A stretch of DNA of 64,000 bases, from NCBI RefSeq assembly GCF_963506605.1, contig NC_083291.1, positions 21,142,001 through 21,206,000 of the forward strand. Reading direction: 5' to 3'. The stretch comes from Zootoca vivipara (lineage: Eukaryota). Shown in pieces: positions 60,886 through 64,000 of the stretch. Position numbers and translations under genes: made by a program. Under the pieces are notes generated by a model that ran no database searches, was not told the DNA's origin, and saw nothing but the letters and a program-made list of their open reading frames with translations. The first letter of the stretch is position 1. Every line of letters begins with the position of its first letter.

Positions 60886-61516
60886 TATCCTTTGTCAACA
60901 ACAAATTGTCACTGTTTTTTGTGTTGAATATGGTAATTTATGGACCTAACAGGTATCTAAAGCCATTTGCACATAACAAATAGGAGCCTGCACAACACAA
61001 AACACTGTTGCTGTATATAGGTTTGAAAGCGTCACATGTATGATATGTTCTTTGGAATTGTTCTTCCAAAGGAATTTTTATAAGAGCTGGTCTTCGACCG
61101 TAATAAAGTATTCGTATATAAGTTTTATTTTATTTTTTTATCTTTTATTTTGGAAATGTACATCCAGTTGTTGTTTTCCTTTACATTTTTTTGGGGGGGA
61201 CGAAGAGAGAGGGGCCCTAAGCTATAGCTTGTTTAGCTTATACGTAAATCCGGCACTGTGCCCCCCCAGCCCCCACAAAATATTTTGTGAGAGGGACTCC
61301 GACTCGGGGCGGAGCAGTGGGAAAGGCCAGCCTAGCCGCCTCTGAGGGAGCGCGAGAACGCGCGCGGGTGCGCGCCCTCCCTCTCACTCCGACTCCCGGC
61401 GCCCCTTCGCTCCCTTCCTTGGCCTGGGCGACGATGCCTCCCGCCTCGCGGCAGGGGCGGCGCCCTGAGCTGCCGCCTCCCTCCTCCTCCTCCTCCTCCT
61501 CCTCCTCCTGCTGACT

Positions 61517-61714
61517 ATGGCGGGCAGCTTGCGGCAGGTCGCTCTGGTGGGGACGGCGGTTGCTGTCGCCGGCGGGGTCGCCTACGCGGTGTGGAGGAGC
61601 TATTTCCCCTCCGAAGCTGCTCAGGGCCCCGAGGAGGAGGAGCAGCAGCAGCAGCCCTTACTCAGCGCTCAAGAAAGGGCTGCCCTGGGCTGCGCAAGGG
61701 CCCCCGAGAGCCAG
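61517..61714 (+). CDS. ARL9: First coding exon of a gene continuing beyond the window, probably ADP-ribosylation factor-like GTPase 9 (ARL9/ARL10 family)
   Basis: CpG island, ATG in good context (actATGG), 66 codons with a hydrophobic anchor VALVGTAVAVAGGVAYAVW, canonical donor CAG|GTAAGC. The name rests on ARL9 lying directly downstream of SRP72 in human; the GTPase exons are not in the window. Confidence 0.6.
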
Positions 61715-61942
61715 GTAAGCATCTTCTATAGGTAACCCAGCACCCTGCGTTTACCCTATATAGCGTTGCCCCCTCGGAGTATTTTTTTTAATAGGCCCGG
61801 TTCTCACGAGCAGCCAGCACGGAAGTTAAAACGCGTGTCTGTCCCTGCGCGCGTTTCAGGCTCGCCTGGGCGAAAGCACAGCGGGAAATAAATCCCAGCG
61901 CACAGAAAGGGAAAGGCAGCATGGAAGAGGGCTCTTGCTCTA

Positions 61943-62294
61943 CAGGTGAAACTCGGAAAATTAGAATATGTGGAAAAGTGCATTTATTTCAGTAGGGCAA
62001 CTTATTATTTTTTATTTTAATTTTTACAAATGCTTTCTTTTGGAAATCCCACAGTAATAAAACAATTCTTTACAATAATACAAAAATAAACATCGCTATT
62101 ACATTTCATTAATTACATTCCATTTATAATTGACCCACCTAACGACAAATAATTACAGATACAACAAATAAAGGCTTGGCATATCTTGCTTTGCATGTCA
62201 TGCATCTATCTCATATATTGGTTTCACCTTTTAAGCTGCCTTGCTGAAATAAATGCACTTTTCGACGATATTCTAATTTTCCGAGTTTCACCTG
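61943..62294. mobile_element. Tc1/mariner-type MITE
   Basis: TIR CAGGTGAAACTCGGAAAATTAGAATAT / ATATTCTAATTTTCCGAGTTTCACCTG, TA TSD. Confidence 0.85.
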
Positions 62295-64000
62295 TATATA
62301 GACTTCTGCTTAGGTTTCTGTCGAGTGAGACTCTCCATCCTACATTTTTGAAGAGGTGCAAGCCAGACGCAGGTTGGTCGTCTCCCGTGTGCGAGAATTA
62401 CATTTGCCATCGTTGCACGAAATGCAGTCTAGACACTTGGAAGGCTTTATGCACACCCACACATTTCCTTTCATGGTTGTCGGTTTTTGTTTTGCTTTTG
62501 TTCACCATAAAACTGCTGTTTTCTGGGTGGGGGAGAGCAGTGTCAGGTCATAGTTTGGGAAGAGCTGCTGCTGCTGCTGATATTGATATTGTACTTTGGA
62601 GGGTTTAATTGTCTGCTTCGCCTAGCTGGGAGAGAGGAAATGCTAGGCAGCATGCCTGTTTTTGGAAGGAGGAGTGGCAAAAGTTGTAGGAACTTTGACT
62701 GCTGAAGTTGAATTCACAGATTGTCACAAACCTTCTTTAATTCGGTGAGATATACTTCTGAATGAATGTGAATCTGATCCAGCTACGTTTATATCCCACT
62801 TTTTCTCCAAGGAGATTAAATTTTGCATCGTTCTGCCTCTCTCGCCTTTATTCTCCCAGCAACCCTGTGGGGTAGGTTTGGTTGAAAGACAGTGACAGGC
62901 CCAAGGTCACCCTATGAGCTTCATGGCTGAGTGGGGATTTGAAGCCTCGTCTCCTAGGTCCTAGTCCAGCACTCTTTAACGACTACACCAGATTGGCTCT
63001 CTTGCAACTTCTGCTAATAAAAAAAAAGACCTATGTTTCTGTAGCTGCATGAGAGCTTTTGTAAAAAAATAACAAAATGACAACACAAATGTGCAAATCC
63101 CATGTGGAGTTTGTCATGCAGTTTTTCTGTAGTTTCCTACATGCAGATTCAACCCAAGCAAAGATCCAGTGGTATCGGATGAAATGAGGTTATAAAGAGG
63201 GGTATTGTGGAAGCACAGAAGCTCATTTTATAAATTCAGCTTGTCAGCAGTCACTGGCCTGGGCCACAAAAACACATTTGCAGTGACCAAACTTGGGAGC
63301 TTTCCTAAACTGAAAGAAAGTTTGTTGTTTTCTGGCTATCAAAGTTACACAAATGTCTTAGCATAGCTACACAGGTGAGATGTTGCAGTGCATCCTCATC
63401 CCTTCCTGAATTAATCCTTTTCAGCGTGCCAGCCAAGCCCTTTTCCAGAATGCTGTGAGCAGAAAATAGCTGAAGCAGAACAATCAATTCCCGTTCCAGT
63501 TTTCTGCTTATTTTTCCAATGCTCAGCATTCCATGACTACTGAGCATGCTCAGTCCTCAGTGATTATCTGGGGCTTTTTGTCCATCTAAGGTTGTTTTGT
63601 TTGTAAAACGGCAGCTTTTGCAAACCTCAGTATGCTGATACCTCCCACTTGATTCCCTGCATTGCTATTCCAGTTAGTATGTAGCTTTTGGCACACACTG
63701 CATCTGTTTGCTATTAGAGGGCAGGTGAGCTGGTAAAAAAAAATACCTGTAGATTGGTTTGGGGGGAAGGGGGGAAGAACCTAGCATAAAATAAGGGGCT
63801 ATCTTCAATTTCTGGAAACATTTGGTAGCTTTTATAGTTCTCTTCATGTTCACTCTGATACTGAGGCATAAACATGGTGCTCTGCAGACTTCAGTGATGC
63901 TTTGAGGCCAGGGTTGGATTACGCTAAAACCTGTAAGGTGGAATCCTATTAATGTCGCAGAGAGGAAAGAGATTAGAATAGTATCCCCCTGAGGGTGGCT

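Overview
Vertebrate nuclear DNA from a squamate, most likely a lacertid lizard (six Sauria/POM-type SINE copies, Squam3-like SINE). Four spliced host genes: SARAF (- strand, 6 coding exons, 312 aa, complete), LEPROTL1 (+, 4 exons, 131 aa, complete, head-to-head with SARAF), SRP72 (+, 19 exons, 681 aa, complete; one GC-AG intron and one U12-type intron) and the first exon of a probable ARL9. Three young transposable elements sit in introns. (i) A 5'-truncated L2 LINE in SARAF intron 5, with a 10-bp TSD and a 23-nt copy of SARAF exon 5 at its 5' junction. (ii) An apparently complete 3.7-kb Sola2-type DNA transposon in LEPROTL1 intron 2 (intact 734-aa DDD transposase, 10-bp TIRs, TTAT TSD, six direct 16-bp subterminal repeats). 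(iii) A full-length Tf1/sushi-type Gypsy chromovirus in SRP72 intron 4, with identical 427-bp LTRs, a self-priming PBS, a PEG10-like -1 frameshift pseudoknot and a degenerate chromodomain. Its Pol frame carries tandem acidic FxGF motifs and reads 100 codons into the 3' LTR. The FxGF tail, which resembles LEDGF/TND-binding motifs, and the Sola2 element are the strongest candidates for something new. Many MITEs (Tc1/mariner, hAT), two non-autonomous Helitron-like elements, CR1/RTE/L1 remnants and a 134-nt assembly gap are also present. All identifications are by eye from motifs; no database search was run.
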